A DNA stretch of 64,000 nt from an uncultured Candidatus Saccharibacteria bacterium (lineage in GTDB: Bacteria; Patescibacteriota; Minisyncoccia; RBG-13-40-8-A), in NCBI GenBank assembly GCA_965231075.1, contig OZ246412.1, positions 553,787 to 617,786 on the forward strand. Reading direction: 5' to 3'. The notes beneath the pieces are model-generated. The model was not told where the DNA came from. It searched no databases and saw only the letters and a program-made list of their open reading frames with translations. Both the position numbers and the translations under genes were made by a program. This document shows, piece by piece, positions 45,949 through 55,127 of the stretch. The first letter of the stretch is position 1. Each line of letters opens with the position of its first letter.

Positions 45949-47508
45949 TTATCCTGTTGGCAAGCCTTTTTTCCGGAACTTAATTAACAACAACCCCAAA
46001 AATCCCATCCCAAAAACAATCGCGACAATAATGAATACGAGATTTAGTGGGCTCTGACCAATGGGCTGAGTTACTCCCGCCAATTGATTGGTTGTTGAGT
46101 TTTGGTTCTTGGTTATTGGGACTTGATTGGTCATTGAAAATTGGTCATTGGGGCTTGTGGCGACATAGCCACCACTAATCTTATTTTCTGTTAGATTTAT
46201 AGAATATGTTTTGGTGGAATTCTTGGTTGTTTGTGGCTCAACGATATTTAATTGTGAAACCGTCTGCTTGCTGGGATTCGTAGCGATACCTGAAATATTC
46301 GGTAATCCGGGCGTAGCATCTGACCAAACAAATCCTTCCTCTGTTCGGGCTGATGATTTTCCTTGTGGCGGTTTTTCATATTTTACTTCCTGAAACAGAA
46401 TTCCGCCAGGCATCAAGAGTTTAACCGAATCAACATCATTATTTAAAGTGATTTTTGTAATCGGTCGAGAAAACACCAAATAACTTTTTGGCGCGATTAA
46501 GGTATTTTCCGGAAAGGTGAATGCTTTGCTCGACGAAGCAGAGTCGTCCAGTTGCCAACCACTGATATCGGTTATAAAATTGGAATCATTGTAAATTTCG
46601 ATCCATTCTTCCTCCTCGTCTGTGCCGGTCGGATTTGCCATAAATTCATTAATTGTGATTTGTGCTTGCTCGATTTTAACCGTAATTGTGTCAGAGGCAT
46701 AATTTCTACCATCATAAACCGTAAGCGTAACTAAATAAGTGCCCGGGAAGGTATATGTGTATGCAAATGAGGGTTGTTCTATAAGCTTTCCGTTGCCCAT
46801 ATTCCATTCATAGTGTAGATCGATAGTATCTGGATCAGAAGACCTTGAGCCATCAAATTTAATTTCTTGATTTACAAACCCAATAATATTGTCGCCAGCA
46901 TTGGCGACAGGTTTACTCTCCGCCGAAGAGGCGGACAGAATTGACTGCTCTTCGGATTCTTCTGTCGACGACGAACTAGAAGTCGGTTCTTCCGGGGGTG
47001 CAGAAAAGCTATTTAATGTTCCTGGTGTCGGTGTGCCAGTTTTCCATATTGAACCGTCATTTTGAAGCGATTGCCCATTACCATTAGCTCCTTGGGTTGA
47101 ATTATATGTGACTTCATCGATAATTATTAAATTATTATCTTTAACTGCCAATCCCTCGCCGTCATTGCTTAAAGAAAACGCACTATCAAAGATTGTTCCC
47201 GAAAAACTAGGATTATCGATTAGAAATTTGCTTGAATCATCAGCAATAATTGCATATCCATTAGGAGAAAGCACAATATTGCCTTGTGCTACGGTTAATC
47301 CGTGATTGGTATTATTTTCAAAAAATTTCCAATTAGTTAAATCAATCGATGTATCGCCATTATTCAAAATTTCCACCCACTCTCTACCGCCGTCTGCTCC
47401 AGTTTCTAAATCATACATAATTTCATTAATAACCACTGCTCCAAAGGCAGGGTTGGCAATTAAAAAAAGAGCAATAAAAACTATAATTTTGAAAAAATTA
47501 ATTTTCAT
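45949..47508 (-). CDS. Secreted protein with two lamin-tail-domain (LTD) repeats and a PKD domain, plus a C-terminal TM anchor
   Basis: Signal peptide; LTD motifs (GREWVEILNNGDTSIDLTNWKF; EEWIEIYNDSNFITDISGWQL); PKD motif (FDGSRSSDPD...YTYTFPGTYLVTLTVYDG); C-terminal hydrophobic helix plus KFRKKG. Confidence 0.65.
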   Translation of the reverse strand: MKINFFKIIVFIALFLIANPAFGAVVINEIMYDLETGADGGREWVEILNNGDTSIDLTNWKFFENNTNHGLTVAQGNIVLSPNGYAIIADDSSKFLIDNPSFSGTIFDSAFSLSNDGEGLAVKDNNLIIIDEVTYNSTQGANGNGQSLQNDGSIWKTGTPTPGTLNSFSAPPEEPTSSSSSTEESEEQSILSASSAESKPVANAGDNIIGFVNQEIKFDGSRSSDPDTIDLHYEWNMGNGKLIEQPSFAYTYTFPGTYLVTLTVYDGRNYASDTITVKIEQAQITINEFMANPTGTDEEEEWIEIYNDSNFITDISGWQLDDSASSSKAFTFPENTLIAPKSYLVFSRPITKITLNNDVDSVKLLMPGGILFQEVKYEKPPQGKSSARTEEGFVWSDATPGLPNISGIATNPSKQTVSQLNIVEPQTTKNSTKTYSINLTENKISGGYVATSPNDQFSMTNQVPITKNQNSTTNQLAGVTQPIGQSPLNLVFIIVAIVFGMGFLGLLLIKFRKKGLPTG

Positions 47509-47565
47509 ATATTTTTATTCGCTCTAATTATAGTATATAAAATTTTTCGCAATCAAAAAAGAGCC

Positions 47566-47964
47566 CTATGGCTCTTTTTGGTCTAAGTGTAGTTGCTTCT
47601 TTAGTTTAGACGCCCACATGCCCCAAGACAAAAGAAGGATTCCTAACGGGATAGCGACGATCAAGAAATACTTACTATCTAATATGTTTTCTGTTGTTAA
47701 ACGATAGACGAGAGAAAACCCAAACATTCCCACGATCACATCGAATGTCCGATTAATAATGGGCTCACGAATTTTACGCGAGATTTCAAATAGTTCATAA
47801 AAGATTAACAAGACCAGAACAATAACGGCGCTTTTTAAGAGAGACAGTTGAATAATCGAAGAAATGGCTGCTAATATACACCCGGACAGAAAATGATTTA
47901 TCGACCAACAATCCAGATATTTCTTTTTAACCCAAATCTTTATGTACCACTTATTATGAATCAT
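47566..47964 (-). CDS. Small membrane protein (132 aa, ~4 TM), hypothetical
   Basis: ORF between ruvB and the LTD protein gene; hydrophobic helices. Confidence 0.4.
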   Translation of the reverse strand: MIHNKWYIKIWVKKKYLDCWSINHFLSGCILAAISSIIQLSLLKSAVIVLVLLIFYELFEISRKIREPIINRTFDVIVGMFGFSLVYRLTTENILDSKYFLIVAIPLGILLLSWGMWASKLKKQLHLDQKEP

Positions 47965-47966
47965 AT

Positions 47967-48977
47967 TTAAATTAATTTTTCTTGTTTTCCGTTTTTTGGT
48001 TTAACATCGAGATGTTTGTAGGCGGCGGGGGTGACGACACGGCCTTGAGGAGTGCGAGCAAGAAAACCGATTTGCATTAAATACGGTTCGTAGATATCGG
48101 AAATCGTATCTCTTTCTTCGGAGGTAGCGGCGGCGATGGTTTCGATACCTACTGGTCCGCCATCAAATTTTTCAATAATAGTTCTAACAATCAATCGATC
48201 AATCGGTTCTAATCCCAAATGATCAATTTCCATCATTTCTAGTGCTTCTTCGGTAATTTTTTTGTTAATCTTGCCCTCTCCGTGAACTTGAGCATAATCT
48301 CTAACTCTTTTTAATAAACGATTTGCCACGCGAGGAGTTCTTCGAGCTCTTTGAGCAATTTCTTTTAATCCTTCCCTATCGGCCTCGATATTTAAAATCT
48401 TTGCCGAACGATTTAAGATATCTTCAATATCCTTTTCTTCATAAAAATCTAGATGATAAGTTGCGCCGAAACGATTTCGAAGAGGCGACGACAATAAACT
48501 AATGCGCGTGGTTGCAGCAATCATGGTAAATGGCGGGATGTCCAATTGAATACTTCTCGCCGACGGACCTTTGCCGATAATAATATCCAGATGAAAATCT
48601 TCCATCGCTGGATATAGATACTCTTCGATTAGTTTGTTTAAACGGTGTGCCTCATCAATAAACAAAACATCACCCTTTTCAAGATTGGTTAATATAGAAG
48701 CTAGATCGCCGACTTTCTCAATTGCTGGTCCGGAAGTAATTTTTATGTTTTTACCAAGCTCTTTAGCAATAATGTGTGCTAGTGTTGTCTTTCCTAGTCC
48801 TGAACCTCCATATAATAGTATGTGTTCGACCGCCTCATCACGTTTTTTGGCTGCTTCAAGCAAAACTTTGAGATTTTTCTTAACCTTTTCTTGACCAAAA
48901 TACTCTGTAAGCTCATTAGGCCTAAGAGTTTTGTCGAGGGTATTATCTTCTGATTGTTGTCGTGGGTCGGTAAACAT
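47967..48977 (-). CDS. ruvB: Holliday junction DNA helicase RuvB
   Basis: Walker [12 protein letters not shown], Walker [10 protein letters not shown], RuvB C-terminal winged helix; 336 aa. Confidence 0.95.
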   Translation of the reverse strand: MFTDPRQQSEDNTLDKTLRPNELTEYFGQEKVKKNLKVLLEAAKKRDEAVEHILLYGGSGLGKTTLAHIIAKELGKNIKITSGPAIEKVGDLASILTNLEKGDVLFIDEAHRLNKLIEEYLYPAMEDFHLDIIIGKGPSARSIQLDIPPFTMIAATTRISLLSSPLRNRFGATYHLDFYEEKDIEDILNRSAKILNIEADREGLKEIAQRARRTPRVANRLLKRVRDYAQVHGEGKINKKITEEALEMMEIDHLGLEPIDRLIVRTIIEKFDGGPVGIETIAAATSEERDTISDIYEPYLMQIGFLARTPQGRVVTPAAYKHLDVKPKNGKQEKLI

Positions 48978-48990
48978 GTGGATAAAAAGC

Positions 48991-49019
48991 TTGACAAGGT
49001 TTAGTTAATCTGCTATAAT
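48991..49019 (+). promoter_or_regulatory. Consensus sigma70 promoter (TTGACA-17-TATAAT) driving the ncRNA candidate
   Basis: cttgacaaggtttagttaatctgctataat. Confidence 0.6.
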
Positions 49020-49025
49020 AGACGC

Positions 49026-49287
49026 AGAGAATAGAAATAGGCGTAAAATACCTATTTTTATTTATGCTCTTTTTCAATAACCTGTAGGCAATAAGGGTAA
49101 CCAAATTTTTTATTAAAATTTACCCTTTGGAGCTTTTCTTAGTTTAGGATGTTCCGGTTCCCTCCTTGATGAGGTCTCAACTGGAGTATTCCTCGGAAAA
49201 TTTCTAAACTTCGGATCCTAAGCCGATGTCACTTGCCTACAGATTATTGGAAGAGAGCTTATCTCGACACAGTGTCGAGATTTTTTT
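49026..49287 (+). ncRNA. Unclassified structured ncRNA candidate (~260 nt) with its own promoter and intrinsic terminator
   Basis: No ORF. Long-range complementarity (acctgtaggcaa ... ttgcctacagat) enclosing local hairpins (aagggtaa...ttaccctt; ctcc...ggag; cggatcctaagccg). Ends in the terminator atctcgacacagtgtcgagat plus a T7 run (49261-49287). Confidence 0.5.
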
Positions 49288-50956
49288 ATCCTAAGATTCT
49301 TTCTACTTCGTCTAGAGTTGTAACCTTTTGCAAGACCTTTAACAATCCGTCTTGCTTCATTAAAACCATTCCCGATCTTATGGCAGTTTCTTTAATCTCG
49401 ACGATTGATGGGGTTTTCAAAATGACTTTTTCCATGGCATCGTCAACAATAAACAACTCAAATACGCCAATTCTTCCTTTATATCCTGTAAAATTGCAAT
49501 AAGCACAACCTTCTTTCGACGCCTCTTTAATTGTGGCCTTGTCGAAATCGGGCTTTGATACGCGGTCGGGTAAACTACCTAGGCCGTTTTTTATTTTTTC
49601 TAATGTTTCCTTGTCCGGCTTAATTTCTTTAGAACATTTAGGGCAGACTTTTCTCAATAATCTTTGGGCGATAATTAAATTTAATGCCGGAGGAATCATG
49701 GTTGGGTTAACCTTCATATCAATCAATCGAGGAATTGCTCCAGCAGCGTCATTGGTATGTAATGTAGAAAATACCAGGTGACCCGTGAGAGCGGCATTAA
49801 TTGCGGTTGCGGCAGTTTCGCCGTCGCGAACTTCTCCGATCAAAAGAATGTCTGGATCTTGACGCAAAATCGATCTTAATCCCGAAGCAAAAGTGTAGCC
49901 CTTCTCTGATTCAACCTGGGTTTGTTCAACGCCCTCGAGATGATATTCAATAGGATCTTCAAGGGTTATAATTTTTGACCCCGGATCATTAACCGCTTTT
50001 AGAAAAGCATATAATAAAGTAGTTTTACCAGAACCAGTTGGACCAGTGGTGATAATCATGCCGTTGGGCTTCTTTAATTCTTCTTGAACAATTTTAAAAT
50101 CGTCTTCTCGAATTCCTAAATCCTCCATTTTTAGGCCAATCGTCTTAGGATCTAAAATTCTCAAAACGATATTTTCGCCATAATCGGCAGGGATAATTGA
50201 AGTTCTAATTTCAATTTCTTTGTTCTGTGATTTAAAACTGAATCTTCCATCTTGTGGCACGTCGTGAACATTTAGTTTTAGCTCAGAAAGCATTTTTATT
50301 CGAGAAAGCAATAATTGAAATGACGCCGAAGGAATATCAGCGGCGTCTTGTAATATTCCGTCTAATCGATATCTTAGGCGTGTAGTATTTTTGGCTTCGT
50401 TTTCAAAATGCACGTCCGATGCGTCTAATTTTAGTCCAGCTGCCATAACAATATTTAACAATTCACTGGTTTGGATATTAGGTTGCTCTAATTTTTGTTT
50501 TAAGTCCTCAATGGTGTTAATTCCGCCTTGGATCTGCTGAAGTTCTTCGGAACTAATTTCTGCTTTTCGAGAAATATCTTTCTTCTCCGGTCTCACATAT
50601 TGAAATCGGTCCCACGCCCTTTGAATACTGCTCTTTGAAACAATGTTTGGTTTGGGAATGAATCCTTTAATTTCCAAATTATGTAGAAATTCAATAGTTT
50701 CCTTTAATCGTGGATCTAAAACAGCGACAAATAATTCCTTTTGTTTTTGTTCAATGGCCGCGGCCTGTGCTTTTTTTGATTCCATTTCAGTTGAAAGAGC
50801 TAGTGCTTCATCATTAATTGTAGAAATTCGTAAATCTAAATAAGGAAAACCCAGCTCATTGGCTAGGTTCTTAGCTTTTTGTTCTTCGGCCTCGCGGTGA
50901 AGTAATTTTATCTTGGCTTCGGCTTTTTGGTTTTGCTCTTTATCTTTTATTGGCAT
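49286..50956 (-). CDS. pilB: Type IV pilus assembly/type II secretion ATPase (PilB/GspE family)
   Basis: Walker A TGPTGSGKTT; GspE N-terminal domain; tetracysteine zinc-binding motif CPKC...CAYC near the C-terminus. Confidence 0.85.
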   Translation of the reverse strand: MPIKDKEQNQKAEAKIKLLHREAEEQKAKNLANELGFPYLDLRISTINDEALALSTEMESKKAQAAAIEQKQKELFVAVLDPRLKETIEFLHNLEIKGFIPKPNIVSKSSIQRAWDRFQYVRPEKKDISRKAEISSEELQQIQGGINTIEDLKQKLEQPNIQTSELLNIVMAAGLKLDASDVHFENEAKNTTRLRYRLDGILQDAADIPSASFQLLLSRIKMLSELKLNVHDVPQDGRFSFKSQNKEIEIRTSIIPADYGENIVLRILDPKTIGLKMEDLGIREDDFKIVQEELKKPNGMIITTGPTGSGKTTLLYAFLKAVNDPGSKIITLEDPIEYHLEGVEQTQVESEKGYTFASGLRSILRQDPDILLIGEVRDGETAATAINAALTGHLVFSTLHTNDAAGAIPRLIDMKVNPTMIPPALNLIIAQRLLRKVCPKCSKEIKPDKETLEKIKNGLGSLPDRVSKPDFDKATIKEASKEGCAYCNFTGYKGRIGVFELFIVDDAMEKVILKTPSIVEIKETAIRSGMVLMKQDGLLKVLQKVTTLDEVERILG

Positions 50957-51009
50957 ATTTTAATACTATTCTATATCCAGAAAAAATGCAAGCGAGGAGG
51001 TAATCGCTA

Positions 51010-51038
51010 TTGACAAATAGGCGGTTATATGATAATAT
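51010..51038 (+). promoter_or_regulatory. Candidate sigma70 promoter (TTGACA-17-TAATAT) of the GC-rich lipoprotein cassette
   Basis: ttgacaaataggcggttatatgataatat, followed by the SD aggaga 6-8 nt before the ATG at 51068. Confidence 0.5.
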
Positions 51039-51067
51039 ATAAGCATTCTAGGACAAGGAGAAAAAGC

Positions 51068-51622
51068 ATGAAAAAACTGATTGTTCTCTTGATCGTGGTT
51101 GTGTCTTTGAGTTCCGGGTGCTCCGTTGCTCGGGCCCTATTCATGGATCCGCGGGTCTCGGCCGAAATGCGCCTGGAGAACGTCGCCAGGAGTTACAAGG
51201 TCACGACCGACGTGGTCGTGAAGATCATCGGCCAGAGCAAGGACACCAAGGTCGCCGAGAAGGTTTTCAGCGACTTCGGGTTTCTGGTTCAGGATGAGGA
51301 ATTCATTTCCGACCCGGATTTCAAAATCCTGGTTGAGCGTGAAGACCTCGGCGGTGGAGGGAGATCGAACTACGGGTTCGGTTTTTCCAATAACCAGAAG
51401 TCCTTGGTTCGGGCCAGATTAACGATCTCCAACAAGGGGATCAAGAAGATCATCGAGGACACCACGGCATATACTCACAGGACGAGTTACTCCGACGGGT
51501 ACAGTTCCAGGTATAACTACCAGAACGATCCCGGCGAAGTCGCGTTCCGTGGCGCTCTGATGGTATGTATCGGCAAATTCATCGATGAGGCCGATATACC
51601 CTATCGAAAGATCAATAAGTAA
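51068..51622 (+). CDS. Lipoprotein of anomalous (high) GC content, likely horizontally acquired; function unknown
   Basis: Lipobox VSLSSGC; coding sequence visibly GC-rich (~55%) against the ~35% background; own promoter, SD and terminator. The ORF track starts at 51029; the ATG at 51068 with SD is preferred. Confidence 0.6.
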   Translation: MKKLIVLLIVVVSLSSGCSVARALFMDPRVSAEMRLENVARSYKVTTDVVVKIIGQSKDTKVAEKVFSDFGFLVQDEEFISDPDFKILVEREDLGGGGRSNYGFGFSNNQKSLVRARLTISNKGIKKIIEDTTAYTHRTSYSDGYSSRYNYQNDPGEVAFRGALMVCIGKFIDEADIPYRKINK

Positions 51623-51646
51623 AATCTCGTCGCGCACCTTCATTTC

Positions 51647-51672
51647 GCCCCGACCCGTGTCGGGGCTTTTTT
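51647..51672 (+). terminator. Rho-independent terminator
   Basis: gccccgac-ccgtg-tcggggc followed by ttttttatttg. Confidence 0.75.
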
Positions 51673-51703
51673 ATTTGCTTTAATCTTGCTAATATAAAGG
51701 TAT

Positions 51704-52132
51704 ATGGCAGAACAATTTTTAGTGCAAAGCAAAAAACAGACAGAAAATCTAGCAAAAATGTTGGCTGGCGAAATTTTAAAACACAAAAATAATAAAAAAC
51801 AGGCGTTAGTTTTTGGATTTGTAGGAAATTTAGGCGCAGGGAAAACAACCTTTATTCAATCGTTCGCCAAGGGATTAGGCATTAGAAGTCGTTTAACCAG
51901 CCCGACCTTTGTTTTAATGAAAAAATACGGCAATTTGTATCACATGGATTGTTATCGGATTAAAGATTTTAAAGATATTTTAGCATTAGATTTTGCGGAA
52001 ATTATAAATGATTTTAAGAATATTGTTGTCATCGAGTGGGCAGAAAAAATTAAAAAAATTCTTCCCAAAGATACGGTTTGGATTAAATTTAAAATTCTGC
52101 CTCAAAACAAAAGAAAAATAGAAATTAGTTAA
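51704..52132 (+). CDS. tsaE: tRNA threonylcarbamoyladenosine biosynthesis ATPase TsaE
   Basis: VFGFVGNLGAGKTTFIQSFAKGLGI...SPTFVLMKKY is a TsaE/YjeE signature. Confidence 0.85.
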   Translation: MAEQFLVQSKKQTENLAKMLAGEILKHKNNKKQALVFGFVGNLGAGKTTFIQSFAKGLGIRSRLTSPTFVLMKKYGNLYHMDCYRIKDFKDILALDFAEIINDFKNIVVIEWAEKIKKILPKDTVWIKFKILPQNKRKIEIS

Positions 52133-52134
52133 TT

Positions 52135-53076
52135 ATGAAGAGATTAGTATTAATTGATTCTAACGCTATTGTTCATAAGGCATTTCATGCTATTCCGCCG
52201 TTGACTAATCGTGACGGAGAACAAGTGAATGCGATTTATGGTTTTGCTTCAATCCTATTGAAGATTATTGGCGATTTAAATCCTGATTATATTGCTGCAA
52301 CCTATGATTTGCCTGCCCCAACATTTAGACATTTAGAATATGACGCGTACAAAGCCAAGAGAGTAAAAGCGCCAGATGAGTTATATGAGCAAATCCCTAA
52401 ATCACAAGAAGTTTTAAAGGGTTTTAATATTAATATTTTCCAAAAAGAAGGATATGAAGCCGATGACATTATCGGAACAATCGCTAGAAAATTCAGCGAT
52501 AAATTAGAGATTTTAATTTTGACTGGCGACCTAGACACCCTGCAATTAATTGATGAAAATATTCGCGTTTATGCTCTACGCAAAGGCATGTCTGATATTG
52601 TGATTTATGATGCCAAAAAAGTTTTTGAACGATATGAATTACAGCCTGACCAAATGATCGATTATAAAGGATTAAGAGGAGATCCGTCGGACAACATTCC
52701 TGGCATTAAGGGCGTGGGCGAAAAAACAGCACAAATTTTATTGAAAGAATTCCATACGATTGAAAACATGTACAAGGTTCTGGATAAAATTAAACCTGCC
52801 GATACAAAAAAATACAAATTTTTAACGCCAAAATTATTAGAAAAGATTAGACAAGAAAAACAAATGGCATTTTTTAGTAAAAAATTATCGACAATCTACG
52901 ATAAAGTGCCGATCGATGTTGAATTAAAAGATTTGGATTGGAAAAAAGGATACGAAGTTAAAAATGCCGAACTCTCTTTAGACAAATATCATTTCAAATC
53001 ATTGATTAATCGTTTGTATGGTCGTGAAGGAAAGCCAAAAGAAGTAAAAACTAATCCGCAACAGAAGTTAATTTAA
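52135..53076 (+). CDS. 5'-3' exonuclease (Pol I N-terminal domain homolog/FEN-like)
   Basis: LVLIDSNAIVHKAFHAIPPLTNRDGEQVNAIYGF...GIPGIKGVGEKTAQILL (H3TH). Confidence 0.85.
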   Translation: MKRLVLIDSNAIVHKAFHAIPPLTNRDGEQVNAIYGFASILLKIIGDLNPDYIAATYDLPAPTFRHLEYDAYKAKRVKAPDELYEQIPKSQEVLKGFNINIFQKEGYEADDIIGTIARKFSDKLEILILTGDLDTLQLIDENIRVYALRKGMSDIVIYDAKKVFERYELQPDQMIDYKGLRGDPSDNIPGIKGVGEKTAQILLKEFHTIENMYKVLDKIKPADTKKYKFLTPKLLEKIRQEKQMAFFSKKLSTIYDKVPIDVELKDLDWKKGYEVKNAELSLDKYHFKSLINRLYGREGKPKEVKTNPQQKLI

Positions 53077-53080
53077 ATTC

Positions 53081-53896
53081 ATGCCAGAATTACCCGAGGT
53101 AGAAACAATTAAAAGAGAACTAGACAAAACAATCGTCGATAAAAAAATTACTGACGTGATTGTTTATAATCCCAAGGTAATCAAGGAGCCGAAAAAAGAA
53201 AAATTTATCAAGGAATTAAAAAATGTTAAAATTAAAAAAATAATTAGGAAGGGAAAATTGTTGATTTTAGAACTTTCTTCAGGTAAATTTTTAACTGTTC
53301 ATTTAAGAATGACTGGGCAAATTATCTATCCCCGTCAGGGCGGGGTAAACCCCCAGAAATCGACCAGAGTGAGTTTTAAACTGTCGAACGGAAAAATAAT
53401 CGATTTCAACGATTCTCGGTTACTCGGAGAATTAAGGTTGATTGATGATTGGCGAGATTTAAAATTTATTAAAGAACTTGGACCAGAACCATTTGAGATT
53501 GATATTAAAAAATTTAAGGAATTATTAAAAAACCGAAAAACTAAAATCAAACCCCTGCTTTTAGACCAAAAATTTATTTCCGGAGTAGGAAATCTTTATG
53601 CCGTAGAAGCATTATTCGGGGCGAAAATTGATCCCAGAAGATCGGCAAGCTCGCTAAAGGACAAGGAAATTGAATTGTTGTTTAAGGAAATCAAAAGAAT
53701 CTTATTATTGGCGATAAAACACGGCGGTTCTTCGGTTGATGACTACACAAGAGTGTCGGGAAAGAAGGGAGATTATATGAAATTTATTAGAGTTTACGAT
53801 AGAAAAGGAGAGAAGTGTTATAAATGTAAGGGAAAGATAGAAAGAATTTCTTTGGGTGGACGTGGAACATATTTTTGCCCACGATGCCAACGATAA
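53081..53896 (+). CDS. mutM: Formamidopyrimidine-DNA glycosylase
   Basis: MPELPEVETIKRELD N-terminus; C-terminal zinc finger CYKCKGKIERISLGGRGTYFCPRCQ. Confidence 0.9.
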   Translation: MPELPEVETIKRELDKTIVDKKITDVIVYNPKVIKEPKKEKFIKELKNVKIKKIIRKGKLLILELSSGKFLTVHLRMTGQIIYPRQGGVNPQKSTRVSFKLSNGKIIDFNDSRLLGELRLIDDWRDLKFIKELGPEPFEIDIKKFKELLKNRKTKIKPLLLDQKFISGVGNLYAVEALFGAKIDPRRSASSLKDKEIELLFKEIKRILLLAIKHGGSSVDDYTRVSGKKGDYMKFIRVYDRKGEKCYKCKGKIERISLGGRGTYFCPRCQR

Positions 53897-53900
53897 TATT

Positions 53901-54050
53901 ATTCAAATTTATTTTATATGTCGATACGTGTTGGTGCAATCATAAAAATTATTTATTCGTCGATACGCGTCGACGCCCCAGCGTGGCGTCGCGCTCTCTC
54001 TCGGCCTCGCCCTAACCATGCGCTCGGCCTGCGAGGCGATCTCCTTAATA
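53901..54050. repeat. Repeat-family copy A: shared AT-rich terminus plus GTCGATACGTGT motif fused to a GC-rich (~70% GC) hairpin module flanked by 16-bp inverted repeats
   Basis: Left end attcaaatttattttatatgtcgatacgtgt parallels copy B (tttcaaatttattttacatgtcgacacgtgt). Inner IR ataaaaattatttatt / aataaataatttttat brackets cgtcgatacgcgtcgacgccccagcgtggcgtcg...ggcctcgcc...ggcctgcgaggc. Confidence 0.55.
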
Positions 54051-54085
54051 AATAATTTTTATTAAAATTAAAAATTGATATTTTT

Positions 54086-55126
54086 ATGAAAAAAATTAAA
54101 ATAATTCTAATAGTTGTAATAATTTTAATAATTGCCGGAGCAATTTTTTGGTTTTTTGGTAAAAAAAATATAGATATATCGCCAAATGGCGATCAACAAA
54201 AAGAAGAACCTAAAGATGAAACAGGAATAAATCCAATAACTGGAGAAAAATGCGAAAATTATAATCGTCGACCGATTGCCGTGATGATGGCGAACGATGC
54301 AATCAATCGACCATTGTCGGGAATCAGTCAGGCGGATGTAATTATTGAAATGCCCGTGATTACTGGCGGAATTACGCGTCTGATGGCAATTTATGGTTGT
54401 GAAACGCCGAAAGAAATTGGTTCGGTGCGTAGTGCACGTCATGATTATATTCCATTGGCACTGGGATTTAATGCAATTTATGCGCACTGGGGCGGTTCGC
54501 ATTTTGCCTATGATCAATTAAACAAAGGAATTATTGAGAATATTGATGCCATGACTGACCAATATCAGGCGTATTATCGAACCTCAGACAAGGAGCCACC
54601 ATATAACGGTTTTACTTCTCTGGAAAGATTGATTAATGCAGCAAAAAAATTCGGATATAGTTTAGAAAATAATTTTTCCGGATACCCGCACTTAAAAAAT
54701 CCAAAATCCAAAATCCAAAATCCAAATACTGGCGGAAAGCTGACTATCGGCTACGGCGGAGAATTTAGAGTTTCTTATGCATATAATAAGGAAGAAAATG
54801 TTTATCAAAGATATAGAACAAATTTAAGAGAAACAGATAAAAACAATGGTAATCAGGCGGAAGTGAGTGTGGTAGCGGTAATGCGCGCCGAATCACATAT
54901 GATCGAGGTGCCAAACTATAACGAAGTGGACGTGCAAGGTGAAGGTGAGGCAAAGATTTATCAAAATGGTGAAGAAATAAAAGGAATTTGGAAAAAAACT
55001 GGCAATTATTCAAATTCCAAACTTACATTTATTGGCGAAAATGGCAAAGAGATAGAATTTACACCTGGTAAAATTTGGATAGAAATCGTGGAACCGAATA
55101 CAGAGGTAAAATGGGAGACATTTTAA
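54086..55126 (+). CDS. DUF3048 (YerB-like) domain protein with an N-terminal TM anchor
   Basis: RRPIAVMMANDAINRPLSGISQADVIIEMPVITGGITRLMAIYGCE...IGSVRSARHDY matches the DUF3048 core as recalled. Confidence 0.5.
   Translation: MKKIKIILIVVIILIIAGAIFWFFGKKNIDISPNGDQQKEEPKDETGINPITGEKCENYNRRPIAVMMANDAINRPLSGISQADVIIEMPVITGGITRLMAIYGCETPKEIGSVRSARHDYIPLALGFNAIYAHWGGSHFAYDQLNKGIIENIDAMTDQYQAYYRTSDKEPPYNGFTSLERLINAAKKFGYSLENNFSGYPHLKNPKSKIQNPNTGGKLTIGYGGEFRVSYAYNKEENVYQRYRTNLRETDKNNGNQAEVSVVAVMRAESHMIEVPNYNEVDVQGEGEAKIYQNGEEIKGIWKKTGNYSNSKLTFIGENGKEIEFTPGKIWIEIVEPNTEVKWETF
54696..54723 (+). repeat. Perfect tandem heptamer repeat (AAAATCC)x4 inside the DUF3048 CDS
   Basis: aaaatcc aaaatcc aaaatcc aaaatcc; the unit length is not a multiple of 3. 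Confidence 0.8.
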
Positions 55127-55127
55127 T

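Noticed and set aside
49026-49287. Attempt to classify the ncRNA candidate as RNase P RNA, tmRNA or SRP RNA
   Set aside because: Could not find the conserved blocks by eye (RNase P GGAAAGUCCGGGCUCC/AGGGUGAAA; tmRNA tRNA-like ends; SRP GGAAGGAAGCAGC domain IV); left unclassified pending a covariance-model scan.
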